A DNA stretch of 64,000 bases from the human T2T-CHM13v2.0 reference genome, Homo sapiens, in NCBI RefSeq assembly GCF_009914755.1, contig NC_060927.1, one strand, 5' to 3'. Numbering within the stretch: position 1 is the stretch's first letter; every line of letters begins with the position of its first letter. Shown piece by piece: positions 43,742 through 64,000 of this stretch. Under the pieces are notes generated by a model, which searched no databases, was not told the origin of the DNA, and saw only the letters and a list, made by a program, of their open reading frames with translations. The position numbers and the translations under genes were made by a program.

Positions 43742-44619
43742 GTCACTCCCTTGATTAGATGACATAATTTGGTAAAGGTGATGAGATATTCACTCTTGTG
43801 GTTACATTACTTTATATAAGACACCATCATAGCAGACTGTAGTGTGATTTTTCTGGCTTGCTTTGAAGAAGGAAGCTGTCATGTTGTGAGAGGGCCATGT
43901 GGCTAGGACCTGAGAGTGACCTCTAGGAGTTGACAGCCAGTAAAAAAAAGGAAACTTCAGCTCTATAACTGCAATGGCTGAATTCTGCCAACAACTTGAA
44001 TGAACCTAGAAGAGGTCCCAAGCTTCAGATGAGAGCGCAGCCCTGGCTGACATCTTGATTTAAGCCTTGTGAGATCCTGAGCAGAAAATCCAGATACATT
44101 GTGCCCAGACTTCTGACCTACATAAACTATGAGATAATAGACGTTGTTGCATGGCAATACATTTATAGTAACTTATTAAACAGCAATAGAAAATTAATGC
44201 ATGTACATTAACTTAGTTTGTGTGATAAGGTCCAGAAGTATCTGGGAAAAAAAGTGGTTCTGATCTTTTATTTCCACTACAATGCACAAATAAGACACCT
44301 AAGGATGTGGCATTCTTCTGTGACAATAGTGGCTCCCTATATCTGCGACTCTCAAAGGCAAAGGGAAAGGCTTACGTAGTTTGTCAAAGCCCCCAGGTAG
44401 CTGGGATATGCTTTGGGTTGTGAACTACTGCATTATAACATTTCAGGGACTGCTTCAACTGGGTCTGCCTCCCATCTCTGGATTAGGTTATACACTGACT
44501 ATTTGATTTTAATGAGCTGGAAATTTTAAGTCAACAAAGGTGACTTAAAAGTCATGTTCCCTCTTCCTGATAAAATTCAATGCCAGACAATATCTAGATA
44601 TGAATTGCTCCTATGGTTT

Positions 44620-44970
44620 TGTGAAAATAAGTAATTCAAAATCTAAACAGTTGGAACTTTAAAATATTTGAGCCTTAAGGGAATGTAGTTATGGGACCCT
44701 GTTCACATGACAGGCAGCAGTAATCTAGGTAGCTGTAACCTTAATTTTCTGATTAGATTAGCCTTCTTCCTCACCCACATTGGTAAAATATTGTAAATGA
44801 CTGAAGAGCGCCAAGGAAGGCCCCTTTTCTCTTAACTGTTGATCTTTATTATAGATTAACTTCCCTCCTTCCTCTCTCACACAAAGACTGTATGACTATC
44901 ACATTGTCTAAGATATAATGTTAAGTACATGCTTTTAAATTGGAAAGGAAAAGAAAACAAGTTGTATGAA
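44620..44970 (+). mobile_element. Truncated ERV1-type LTR followed by a MaLR internal/LTR junction (~44975-45120)
   Basis: tgtgaaaataagtaattcaaaatct...; gaggcagaa|tgctatagtttgaatatttgtcccctcca. Confidence 0.55.
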
Positions 44971-45135
44971 AAAGACTTCCGAGTTGGTGCTAAAATGAGG
45001 CAAGACTTTGGGGCTATGGGGTTGAAATGAATATATTTGTAAGTAAGAAGGACATGAATTTGGGGGGACCAGAGGCAGAATGCTATAGTTTGAATATTTG
45101 TCCCCTCCAAAACTCTAGTTGATTTTTTAAAAAAA

Positions 45136-48650
<3,515 letters not shown>

Positions 48651-49533
48651 TTTAGTCAACCGTGAGTAAACTCCAAAATCTTCCTGTTCTTTATAGCGAA
48701 ATAAAAAATAAGCAAGATCTGACTACATACAACTAAAGACATTCAATAAAGAATGTGTAGAAATTACATGTTGTTTTCTCCTGTTGCAAAAATATCACTC
48801 ATCTTCTGGGAATGGACATAGGAAACCTTGTATGCCATGCTTAGATATGCAATAGTCATCCAGTCTACTTCCAATGAGTAGAACCATTATTTACACAGTA
48901 GTTAGAGATCTCTGGCCTCATGAATAGAATTTTCCTTGGGAACTCTTATATTATGTGCTATAAATGGAATGGATATGGCTATGTGTCGTTTTAAATATAG
49001 TTAATAATGTTGGAGGAGAGAGAGAGAGAGAGAAACTGGTTTGCTGATGATATTACTGTAAACCTAATCCGATTTATAAGTAGACCTGTGGGATAAACTG
49101 TCATGGGGGTTAATTTCATGATAGTGGTGACTGGATGTGATGGGAGATGGAGAGGAGAGCTTGGTATTTTGGATTTCTGTTTAAGCCCTGTGGAGAGAAG
49201 AACTTCAAGCAAAAGCTGAAGGAGTGCTTTAATGATGGGTTTGCTGAAATGAGGGCACCAGCAATGCTGTTATGATTTTCAGTGACAAGTGAGACCCAGA
49301 AAGGCCACAAGAGGGTCTGGCGCTGAGAACTCTATGGGGATCAAATGTCATTTTCATAACTTGGTATTGTGACAATTAGACATCCAAAGAGAGCTCAACA
49401 GGCAACTGGAATTATGGTACAGGGTATGGGCTGGAATTTAGTATGGAAAATACAAATTTGGCAGTCCTCAGCCTAGAGGTAAGAGTGACACCTTCAAAAA
49501 CAAAGACATTAATTGTTAAAAATAGTGATTCTA

Positions 49534-50913
<1,380 letters not shown>

Positions 50914-51084
50914 CTAAGTTCCCTGAAGTTCCAATAGGTAGCACTGCACAATTTCACGTAGCCCTTACTTTGAGTTGGGTTCATTTCCTTGATATATCAC
51001 TTAGCCACATATCTGTTACTAGAAAACATTCTTCATTAGGAGCTACTTAATTCCACAGTCCACAACTTGGTTTATCTAGGTTAG

Positions 51085-51397
<313 letters not shown>

Positions 51398-53107
51398 ACT
51401 TGTCATTTTTTTCTAAGAGCTCCTACTGTACAGCCCTGCCAGCAGGACACATCTATGAGTGGGTGGTCCCAACTGCCATGGCTTATTTGAACATATGATG
51501 CTTTTACTTCATCCCTATTTTGACTTTATGGCCAAAATTTCTTAATACCCAAACTCTCTGGTTGAAACAGACTATATTATTCTTAGCTCCTGGCCTGCTC
51601 TATCTTATTATCTTTTATCTCAATCCCCATATCTAATGAGTCACTTCCCTTTGCTAATTGTGGCTTTGAATTATCTTCTCTTTTCGTCATTCTTGCTGCT
51701 ACTGTCTTAGTTTAGATCCTCATCGTTTCTTGGCTGAATTATTAACTAACAAAGTAAGTGACTATGAAAATGGTATGGTGGAGTAAGCTGGGTTTTTCTG
51801 AAGGAAATATTTACTTACTTGAACTGGAGAAGGGAGAATTTTCTCCTTTAAAAAAAAAAAAGTAAAGGGGTATTGGACATAAACTCAGGAACATGGGCTT
51901 ACATGGAGATTCCACTCGTGTGAGTGGAGAGGCTTTTTCTTCACTGAGCCCTGGTAGGAGGCATGCATGGATTCAAAGTCAGATTTTCCCTTATTATTTC
52001 TTTTTTTTTCTAAAAATATTTTAATGAAAAAGTTATCTTTCTGTAAACATTTCATTATACTACAAATGAAACATCTGAATCCATTACAGAACACTTCTGA
52101 ATTCTTAAAAATCAGAAACCATATTGAAGTTTTAAAGTAATTTTGAATATTTAGATAGGCTAACAGTCCTTACATTACCCTTGCACACTGGCATGCTTAT
52201 TCACTATTTTGTGACATCAATTATTGGAATTCCAAGAGATACTGTCATTATTTAGGCTTCAAATTGTGACTACTATATACTGGAACTCTTAAAACCAAGC
52301 CTATTTCAATTATTTAGTTACTTAACAAATATACTTTATTACCACATATTCTCCTTTAGGACATGAGTATAAATACAGCTTTTTAGAACTGCAATATTGG
52401 AAGCAGTAACCTACAAATTGGTTTAAAAAAATCAGTTAAATCTGCCTCAACCAATTATATAACAATTTTTTTTTTTTACTGCTGCTACAACTTATGAGAA
52501 TACTGTATTTTTCAGAAACAACAATGGAAAGCAATGTTATTTCATAAAGAAATGAATTAGAAAGAACAATGCTGTTAAAATATAAAAATGTTTCATGGTT
52601 TAGGAAATTTGCTTCACTAAAACCATGTTGTGAAAGAAATTCATCAAAGGCTGTTACCTTACTCAACACATGTATAGAAATTGGGTTCTGATTTAGATAC
52701 AGAGCCAACCAGTTATTTTCTGAGAACACCGGCAAACTGACTGCTCTTCATGTAGGAAATTGATAATTTAGAAACTAGTTTGCATTTTCCGTATTTGTCT
52801 CCAAAGGCTTTTTTTTTTTTTTTAGTAAACTAACCACCTGAAGTGTTAAGCCCTTTTGGGGCAGCAAAAACAGCCGTTATTAACCATCAACAACCAGTTT
52901 GAACAGATAATTCAGTATTCTTTGGGAAAATGTCTTCTTACAAAGGAGCACTAATTAGGCCCCCAGCTGCTTCTGGTTAACAGATGAACCAAAACAAAAA
53001 AGAAACCAAAATGTAACCTATTGGTCCAATGAATTCCCTGAATTTATATGCAAGAGTAACTTATGAGGCCACTTGAAGACCAACTTTTATTCGTGACGTC
53101 TGGTAAC

Positions 53108-53388
53108 TTTTCTTTTTTGAGATGGGGTCTGTCACCCAGGCTGGAATACAGTGGGGCAGTCAGCTCACTGCAGCCTCGACCTCCTGAGATAAAGGGATCC
53201 TCCTACCTCAGCCTCCCAAGTAGCTGGGACTACAGATGTGTACCACCAAGCCTGGCTAATTTTTATATTTTTTGTAGACAGGGTCTTGCTATGTTGCCCA
53301 GACTTGTCTCAAACTCCTGGACTCGGGATCCATCTGCCGTGGCCCCCTAAAGTGCTGGGATTACAGGCGTGAGCCACAGTACCTGGCC
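53108..53388 (-). mobile_element. AluJ
   Basis: TSD ctg(g/a)taactttt. Confidence 0.9.
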
Positions 53389-56300
53389 CTGATAACTTTT
53401 AATGTTCTTTTGAAGATGTTTTTCCTAATATGAGGATTGGCAGTTTACTGAGTCTGCTGTGTGTCATGCTTATTACAAAAACGGTTTTCACCAAAGCTGA
53501 AGCTACTTTCTCTTACCAAAAATTGAGTTTACCCTGAAGACACTAATAATGAATTGTATACACCAGGGGTCACAACTGACTCAAGAGGAATACTTATGGC
53601 TACTGCAGGGGAATTTTTAAAACTAAGGTTTAAAATGTGTTGGACATGGTACCAACGTAGTTTTCAGCTGAAGATTTTTACCAGTGTGCCTACTAGAGAG
53701 GGACAAAGTTGTGAAATATGTAATATAGACTTGTAGGGAAACAAATGGTGTCATCAGATTTTACTGTCAACTAGAAACCTTACCCAGCCAGAAATCTTTG
53801 TATTTTAGATAGTAGGAAAGATGTTCCTCATTTAGACAAGTGGGGTTCTCATTCAACCTGCAAATCAAAAAGATTACTCTTATCTTGCTTTACAAAAAAG
53901 TACTCTTTAATTAGTGAAAAAATTCAAATTCAAGCCTTGCCTAATGCTTATTGCCCTTCCTTGCAGGTCTAAATGCTAGACCTAGTGACTGTGGCAACTA
54001 TCTCTCACTGATGTTCCAGAAAGAGAAGAACTCCTTCCTGCTAGACTTTCTTCGATATTTCAGTTGTGATAAGCAGATTTAACTAGCGTTTGGAAAGTTG
54101 CTCACTATCATCAATGCATGTTATGCCTTCACTTCTCTGGATTTGAAGCTCTTGCTGCTTGCTGCCTTGTCATTCTTTATTTATGCTGACTTGTCCATAC
54201 ACAAAAGCCTGCTGAAGTCCTGTCTTAGTGAGTTTCATTTGATCCACACTGTACTTAAAAAGCACATCTTACATCCTTTAAAGCTGGTTAAATCGCTCTC
54301 CTCATGGCTTACTTTTCCACACTGTTCACAAGAGCTAAGCTAATACAACTTATAAACAGGTCACATACACAGATTTCACCTACTTATATGTTGTAAACAT
54401 CAACTTACTGTAAATGTTTTCACTATAATGCTAGTTCCAGAACATAAATTTTCTTATTATTTCTAAGAGCAATTCTAGGGAAAGTTACATTCTGTGTTGG
54501 AGTTTCCTTTCCTCAAGTCTTCCATAGTCTTTTAAAAGTGTTACTCTACACTGTGGAATTGAGGGAAACATTATTTCCTCTTTAAGGTTAAAGTGGGGAC
54601 ATCAGCAGACTCTCCAGTGAATTAATCCTCAGCAGAGTGGTGTCTCCAAAGGAGTAATCCAGAAGAGGCAGTACCACAGCGATGAGAGGAGGGGCAGGTA
54701 GAACATATGGAGGAAATTATTCCTGATCATGGCTGTGGCAACTCACTAGGAAACTCCCAGAAATTATACTGGGAGTGGCAGAAGTAAAAGAATATACTTT
54801 CAACTTCCAGCTAGTAGGCCAGTGGGGCTCACATCGTAATAACTTGGGTAAGAATAATCTCTGATAGTATGCACAGGCTGGTCAGGCTGGTGACATATGG
54901 GTTATATTCAGTATATAATTTTGAATTACTTTGGATAGCTTAAGGATGGCCGTGAATTTACTTGGTTTATAATCAGAGAAGTGTTTATTTATAAATAATC
55001 TATCTATCACTAACTGATACCTTAGTAAGAAAAAAAGTTAACTCAAATCCTCCTCTCCTTCACATTTTAGGGAAATGCAGTAGAATATAAAAATAAATTA
55101 TAACAAGTTATGGAGGACATCTGTTTAAAAATGGACCACAAGGATATCAGATTTGAATAATTTCTCATTTTCTCTTTGCACAGAATTTTATTGAATCAGC
55201 AAGACTATATCCTTTCTAAAAATAAATTCATCAAAAGAGCATCATTTCCTTAAAGTCATTCCTTATGCTATTGTAAATGGCATTTTTAAAACTTAAAATA
55301 TTGAGATATAATTTATATGCCATAAAATTAGCCATTTAAAAAGGTACACTTCAGTGGTTTTAAATATATTCACAAAGCTGGGCAACCATCTCCACTATCT
55401 AATTCCAAGACATATTTGTTATCCCCCAAAGAAACCTCGTACCCATTTGCAGTCACTCTCTATTATCCCCTTCCCTGATCCCCTGGTAAGCACTAATCTA
55501 CTTTCCATCTTTATAGATTTGTCTATTCTGTATTTATATGAATGAAATCATACATATGTGGCCATTAGTGTCAGGCTTCTTTCACTAAGTATAATGTTTT
55601 CCGGTATCATTCATGTCATAGTAGTATGTATTAGTTCTTCATTCCTTTTTATGGTTGAATAAAAATTTATTGTATGGCTGCACCACATTTTGGATATCTA
55701 TTCATCAGCTGCTGGAATTTGAGTTTCTACTTTTTGACTATTATGAAATAACTCTGCTATGAACATATCTGTACAATTTTTGTATAAACATTTTTTCAAT
55801 TATTTTGGACATACATCTAGGAGAGGAATTCCTGGATCACTTGGTAATTCTATGTTTAATTTTTAAGCAGCTATCAAACTGTTTTCCATGGTGGCTGCAC
55901 TGTTTTATATACCTACCAGCTATGTATGGTTCTAATTTCTCTGCATCCTCACCAACACTTGTTATTTTCCAAGTTTTTTTTCATTATATTCATCCTATGA
56001 GGTGCAAAGCGATGTCCTGTTTTGGTTTCTATTCGCATTTTCTTGCTGACTAATAATGTTGAGCATTGTTTTCGTCTTTCATCTGTTTATTGACCATTTG
56101 TATATCTTCTTTGTAAAATTGTCTGTTTAAATTCCTATTTAAAAATTGGGCCATCATTTTTATTATTGAGTTGTAAGAGTTCTTTACTCTGGATACTAAA
56201 TCTTTATCAGATACATGATTTGCAAATATTTTCTTCCATTCTATGGGTTACCTTTTTTCCTTTCTTTCTCCTTTCCTTCCCCTTCCCCTTCCCTTCCCTT

Positions 56301-57870
56301 CATTTTGAGACAGCATCTCACTCTGTCACTCAGGCTGGAGTGCAGTGGCATGATTATGGCTCACTGCAACCTCAACCTTTCAGGCTCAAGTGATCCTACT
56401 GCCTTAGCCTCTAGAGTAGCTGGGACCACAGGTGCATGCCACCACACGCAGCTAATTTTTAAATTTTTTTGTAGAGATGGGGTCTCACTATGTTGCCCAG
56501 ACTGATCTTCAACTCCTGGCTCAAGTGGTCTGCCTGCTTCTGCCTCCCAAAGTGCTGGGATTACAGGCATGAGCCAGCATGCCTAGCCAGATCTTTTAAA
56601 ATGAAATGTAGGCATTTACAGATACAGGTTTACCTGAGTCCTGTTCCACTGAATTCCACACTTTTGATATATTGTGTTTTTGTCTTCAGTTAAAGAATTT
56701 CCCAATTTCCTTTCTGAGATTTCCTTTGACCCATTGATTATTTTGAACTGTGTTTTACACATGTTCCACATATTTGTGATCCCCAATTTCCTTCTGCTAT
56801 GAATTTCCAGTTTCATTCCATTGTCATCAGAGAACATACTTAGTATGCTTTTAATCCCTTAAATTAATGAGACTTGTTTTATGGCCTAACCTGACCTTTC
56901 CTGGGGAATGTTTCATGTGCACTTGAGAAGAATGTATTATATATTTTTCTGTGATTAAGTGAAATGTTCTTTAGATATCTGTTAGGTCTAGTTGGTTTAT
57001 AGCATTGTTCAAGACTTCTGTTTCCTTACTGATATTCTGTCTAGCTGTTTATTATTGAAATAAAATTATTGAAAATATCAGTATTAAAATTTCCAACTAT
57101 TATTGTTGAATTGCACATTTCTCCTTTCAGTTCTGTTAGTTTTTTTCTTCATGTATTTTGTGGCTTTGTTGTTAGATGCATAGGCATTTATAATTGTTAT
57201 ATCTTTTTGTTGACTGACCTTTTTATCATTATGAAACATTACTTTGTCTTTGGTAACAATTTTTGTCTTAAATTCTTTTTCGTCTGATATTAGGATTGCT
57301 GCTCCAGTTCTCTTTTCATTATCATTTGTATGGTATATCTATTTTTATTCCTCTACTTTCAACCTATTTGTGTCTTTGACTCTGAAATGCATCTATTGTA
57401 TATAGTATATAGTTCAATTATGCTTATTTACCAGTCTCTACCTCTTGATTGAAAACTTTAATCTGTTTACATTTAATGTAATAACTGATAAGATAGGATT
57501 CACATCTGCCATCTTGCTATTTGTTTTTTATAGATCATGTCTTTTTTGTTCCTCAATTTCTCCATTATTGCTTCCTTTTGTGTTAAATATATATTTTTAG
57601 TATACCATTTTAATTCTTTAATCATTTCTTTTGCTATATATTTTAAAGTTATTTTCTTAATAGTTGCTCAGGGGATTACCATTAACATCTTAATATGTAT
57701 TAATCTAATTTGATTAATACCAACTTAATTTCAGTAGTATACAAAAGCTTTGCTTCTATATAGGTCTGCTCCTCCCACCCTCTATACTATTTTTGTTGCA
57801 AATTACATTTTCATACATTGTATGCCTGCCAGGTTAGATTTATAATTATTGTATTATGCAGTTGTCTTTT

Positions 57871-58069
57871 AAATTAGATAGAAAAAAAGGCAGTTATAAA
57901 CAAAAAATACATTTATACTGTCTCATAGTTACCTATGTAGTTACCTTTATTGGTGCTGTTCTTTTCTGAAAAAGTTAAATAAAGTTATTTACCTGTAACT
58001 ATATAGGTAAATGTAAGATGCAGTATAAATGTATTTTTTGTTTATAACTGCCTTTTTTCTATCTAATTT
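57871..58069. repeat. Long inverted repeat (arms 57871-57944 and 57995-58069)
   Basis: aaattagatagaaaaaaaggcagttataaacaaaaaatacatttatactg... and its reverse complement. Confidence 0.93.
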
Positions 58070-58885
58070 CAATGTATTTTAGTATCTTTTAAATGTATGT
58101 TAGTATCTTTCATAGAGGTAGTCAGAGGATAATGGTCTAAAGTTTTTACTATCTGAGAATGTCCTAATAGCTTAATATCTCCTTAGTCTTTGAAGGGTAG
58201 TTTTGCTGGACATAAAATTCTTTTTTTTTTTTTTTTTTTTGAGAAAGGGTCTCATTCTGTTGCCCAGGCTGGAATGCAATGGTATGATCATGGCTCACTG
58301 CAGCCTCAACCTGCCAGACTCAGGTGATCCTCCCACCCCGGCCTCTTGAATAGCTGGGATTATCATGCCCAGTTAATTTTTTGTATTTCTTTTTTTTTGT
58401 AGAGACAGGGTTTTTCCATGTTGCCCAGGCTGGTGTAGAACTTCTGGACTCAAGTGATTCATCCACCTTGGCATCCCAAAGTGCTAGGATTACAGGCATG
58501 AGCCACTTTGCCTGGCCATATATAAAATTATTGCTTTAAAGTTTCTTTCTCATTTTTTTCAGCTTTATTGAGGTGTAATTGACTAATAAAAATTGTATAT
58601 ATTTAAGGTGTACACATGATGTTTGATATATGTATACATTGTGAAATTATTACCACACTCAAGCTAGTTAACATATCCATTACCTCACATAAGTAATTTT
58701 AAAAAATTTCTTCCAGCACATTGGTTTTTTTTTGTTTGTTGGGATTGTTTTTGTTTTTGTTTTTGAGATGGGGTCTCACTCTGTCACCCAGGCTGGAATG
58801 CAGTGGTGAGATCATAGCTCAGTGCAGCCTATCTCCCAGGCTCAAGTGATCCCCTTGCCTCAGCTTTCTAAGTAGCTGGGATTAC

Positions 58886-59168
<283 letters not shown>

Positions 59169-60810
59169 TAAGAAATTAAGAGTTAATGCTAGTGAGTAGC
59201 CCCTGTATGTGATGAGTCACTTCCCTCTTGCATGTTGATAAAGACAAGCCTTTTGATTTCCTAGTTATAAGTTCCTAATAATTTTGAAATCTTATTTACT
59301 GTGTAATTTCTTTTTTGACCCATGGGTTATTTAGAAGTGTGTTGCCTGATTTTCCAAATATTTGAGGACTTTCAGATTGCTTTATGTTACTTATTTCTAA
59401 TTCAATTTTCTTATACACAGGGAACATGCACTGTATGATGTGAATTCTTTAAATATATTATAACTTAATTTATGTTCCAGAATGTTGTCTATCTTGATGA
59501 ATGTTTTATGTGTACTTTGCAAAAATGTGAATATCATTGAGCCCAGTGTTCTGTAGGTAAGGTTGGTTGATAGTGTTTTTCAAGTGTTCTATATCCTTAA
59601 TGATTTTTTTGTCTGCTTTTTCTATCAATCATGAGAGAAGAGTGTTAAATCTACAACTATTATTTTAGATTTTTTTCTATTTCTTTTTTTCAGTGTATCC
59701 AGATTTTGCTTCATGTATTTTGAGCTCTGCTACTAAGAATCCACACATTTAAGATCATTATGTTTCATGATAAATTGCTGCACTTAGGAAATGTTTCTAT
59801 TTCTGATAATATTCATTGTTCTAAAGCCTACTTTGGCATTATTATAGCCATGCCTGCATTCTTATAATTAGTGTTTGTATGAGTTTCAAATTTCTTCAAA
59901 TGGCTTTTATGCTTGTTTTTTTTATCTCTTCTAATCTGTTCATCTAGAGAATTATAAGAAGAATGTTCCTAATTTTGAACCATCCCTGTGTTCCTGGGTT
60001 AATATCTACTTAAATATGACATATTATTCTTTTAATAGACTTGTGAATTCAAATTTGCTCATATATAATTTTAACTTAGTTTTTTTTGTAATTTCATGGA
60101 TTCTGTGACAATTTAAATAACTTAAGAATTACTTGTTACTTAAAGATTTTATAGAATTAACAAGAAAAGCTCCCTGGGCCTTTTTCTTTTATTTTTTACT
60201 TGGGAAAAACTGGGAATGCAGATCTTTGATCATCACTTTAATTTATTCTATTCAGTTTATTTACTTCTTCTTGAGTCACTTTTGGTAATTTTTCTTACGT
60301 AACAAATTAACTATTTCATCTAGATCATCTAATGCTGAGTTTAGAGTTGAATATAATAGCAGTCTTTAGAATACACATACCCTTGAGGATATATGACAAC
60401 TTTCCTAAGTGTCTATAGGCCCTAATTGTTATATGAGAATGTAAGAATAGCATAGCTTTTATCTGAATCTTATCGTGGTATATTACTTCAAGGTGTCAAA
60501 ATCCCAGTGTATCAAACAAAAGAGAAATTTGAAATATTGGGCTTAGCAAATCCTCTTTTAATCAAGACATACCTTTCAAATTGCTTTCTTTGTCTCTTCA
60601 CGTACTCTCTCTTTCCTCCAGGAAAAATTTGTTTCCGTGCTTCTTGTGATTTTTCTCTTTCATGCAGCAGGTTTTTCTCAAATATCTGGTAATTTTTGCT
60701 GCTCATTCATGATTGAAAAGAAAGGAAAATGAAGGCTGACTGGGAACTCTGTGTGAGGGGCCAGCCATTGTGCTAGAGGACCCCAAATGCCAGGATTGAG
60801 AAAACATCAC

Positions 60811-61170
60811 TGATATGATTTGGCTTTGTGTCCTCACCCAAATCTCATCTCCAACTGTGCTCCCTACGTGTCAAGGGAGAGAGCTGGTGGGAGGTGACTG
60901 GATCATGGGGGCGGTTTCCCCCATGCTGTTCTTGTGATAGCGAGTGAGTTCCATGAGACCTGATGGTTTTATAAGGGGCTCTTCCCCCTTTGCTCTCTCT
61001 ATCTTTCCTGCTGCCTTGTGAAGAAGGTGGCTGCTTCCCCTTCCGTCATGTTTGTAAGTTTCTGAGGCTTCCTAGCCATGTGGAACTGTGAGTCAAATTA
61101 ACCTCCTTTATTTATACTATCACCAGTCTTGGGTGGTATTTTTGTAGCAGTATGAAAACGTAATAATACA
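60811..61170 (+). mobile_element. MSTA/THE1-type MaLR solo LTR
   Basis: tgatatgatttggctttgtgtcc...taataca; 5-bp TSD (a/g)tcac. Confidence 0.88.
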
Positions 61171-61373
61171 GTCACCATGGGTTACTGTTATTCACACTAA
61201 CAGCCTTGACCTTCTCTGATAGGTCGTTCAATTTCTTTAGAATGATTTTGTTGACGAAATGGTGGCAGTGGTGTTGGCATGTAGATCTTTAATCAATTTC
61301 GTGAATATCCCTGAGTTTAGTCTTATTCTTATTTCTACCTTCAATCATAGCTGCTGCCTCCAAGTCCTGATCA

Positions 61374-61838
<465 letters not shown>

Positions 61839-62579
61839 TCATTACTGCAGGCAGACATACTGGGAAGAATGATGACAGGCAACTGGTGAACTGGCAGCAA
61901 AGAAGTAAAACAAAAGACCCCTTAAATTCAGGCACAAGAACTGAAGCTAACATGCAGAGGAGTTACAGTTCTACATTGCTCAGAAGCCTCGGGGAGTTTC
62001 ACCATTGGACACCACTGTGTTTCCCCAACAGGCTGATCATCAGCATCACCTGGGGAGATAAACACACATTTCCAAGCCCCACTCCACACTTTCTGCATCA
62101 AAAGACTGTTCTAGTGGTGAGGTACAAAAACTTGTGCTTTTAGAAAACACTCTTTAGGAGATTCTGAAGATCAGTGAGGTTGGGAACTATCATAATTGAT
62201 ATTAGTAATGAAAAATTTAAGTCATTAAAGAAAAGGTTTAATTATTTTCTGTTTAAGAAGGCAGGTAAACAAAGAATACATCATGTTAAGGTTTCCACCT
62301 AAAATAGTTAATATTAATAATTAAAAATTTTGTTGCTTAGGGGAGATAAACTTAGCTGTCTGGAAAACATACTGAATTTGATTAACTGATTGCTTAAGGT
62401 TTCAGAAAACTGAGATTTTACCACTGTCATCTAGGCCTGCAACCTTAGAAGATGGCAGGCAGATAAGCTTCTTTGATCATGCACAGTCCTTACTTTTGTG
62501 GTCTTTTTTCCACTATGTTCAAGTCTGAGCTACAATATTGAATAGTCCTGTCAGTTTAGTAAAAATCATTGCTGAAAAT

Positions 62580-64000
<1,421 letters not shown>

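Larger units (their letters stand above)
42239..44200 (+). mobile_element. MLT1E/F-like LTR split by two younger solo LTRs
   Basis: tatggtaggc...aattctaagatagacccc...ccaacaacttgaatgaacctagaagag...acagcaatagaaaattaatgca. Confidence 0.7.

Overview
Primate (almost certainly human) genomic DNA that I recognise as the 3q26.33 locus. 1-~16.5 kb holds the 3' end of FXR1 on +: five coding exons (usual numbering 13-17, including the 81-nt muscle exon 15 and the 92-nt frame-switching exon 16) and a ~6.4 kb 3'UTR with several poly(A) signals. ~17.5-23.6 kb holds the complete DNAJC19 (TIM14) gene on -, convergent with FXR1: six exons, 351 nt CDS, 116 aa, CpG-island promoter. 24-64 kb is almost all transposon-derived: a near full-length L1PA, many Alus, nested LTRs, Tigger/hAT elements and old L1M/L2. 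Most ORFs in the supplied track are repeat artefacts. I see no evidence of a new multi-gene system. The most unusual signals are small: a possible retroposed 18-nt tRNA-Phe 3' fragment, a repeat-flanked orphan MLT1 insertion, a ~200-nt fold-back, alternative or poison splice sites in FXR1, an RNA G-quadruplex just past the proximal FXR1 poly(A) signal, and an overlapping uORF in DNAJC19. Repeat subfamily names are from memory of consensus sequences, and repeat boundaries are approximate.
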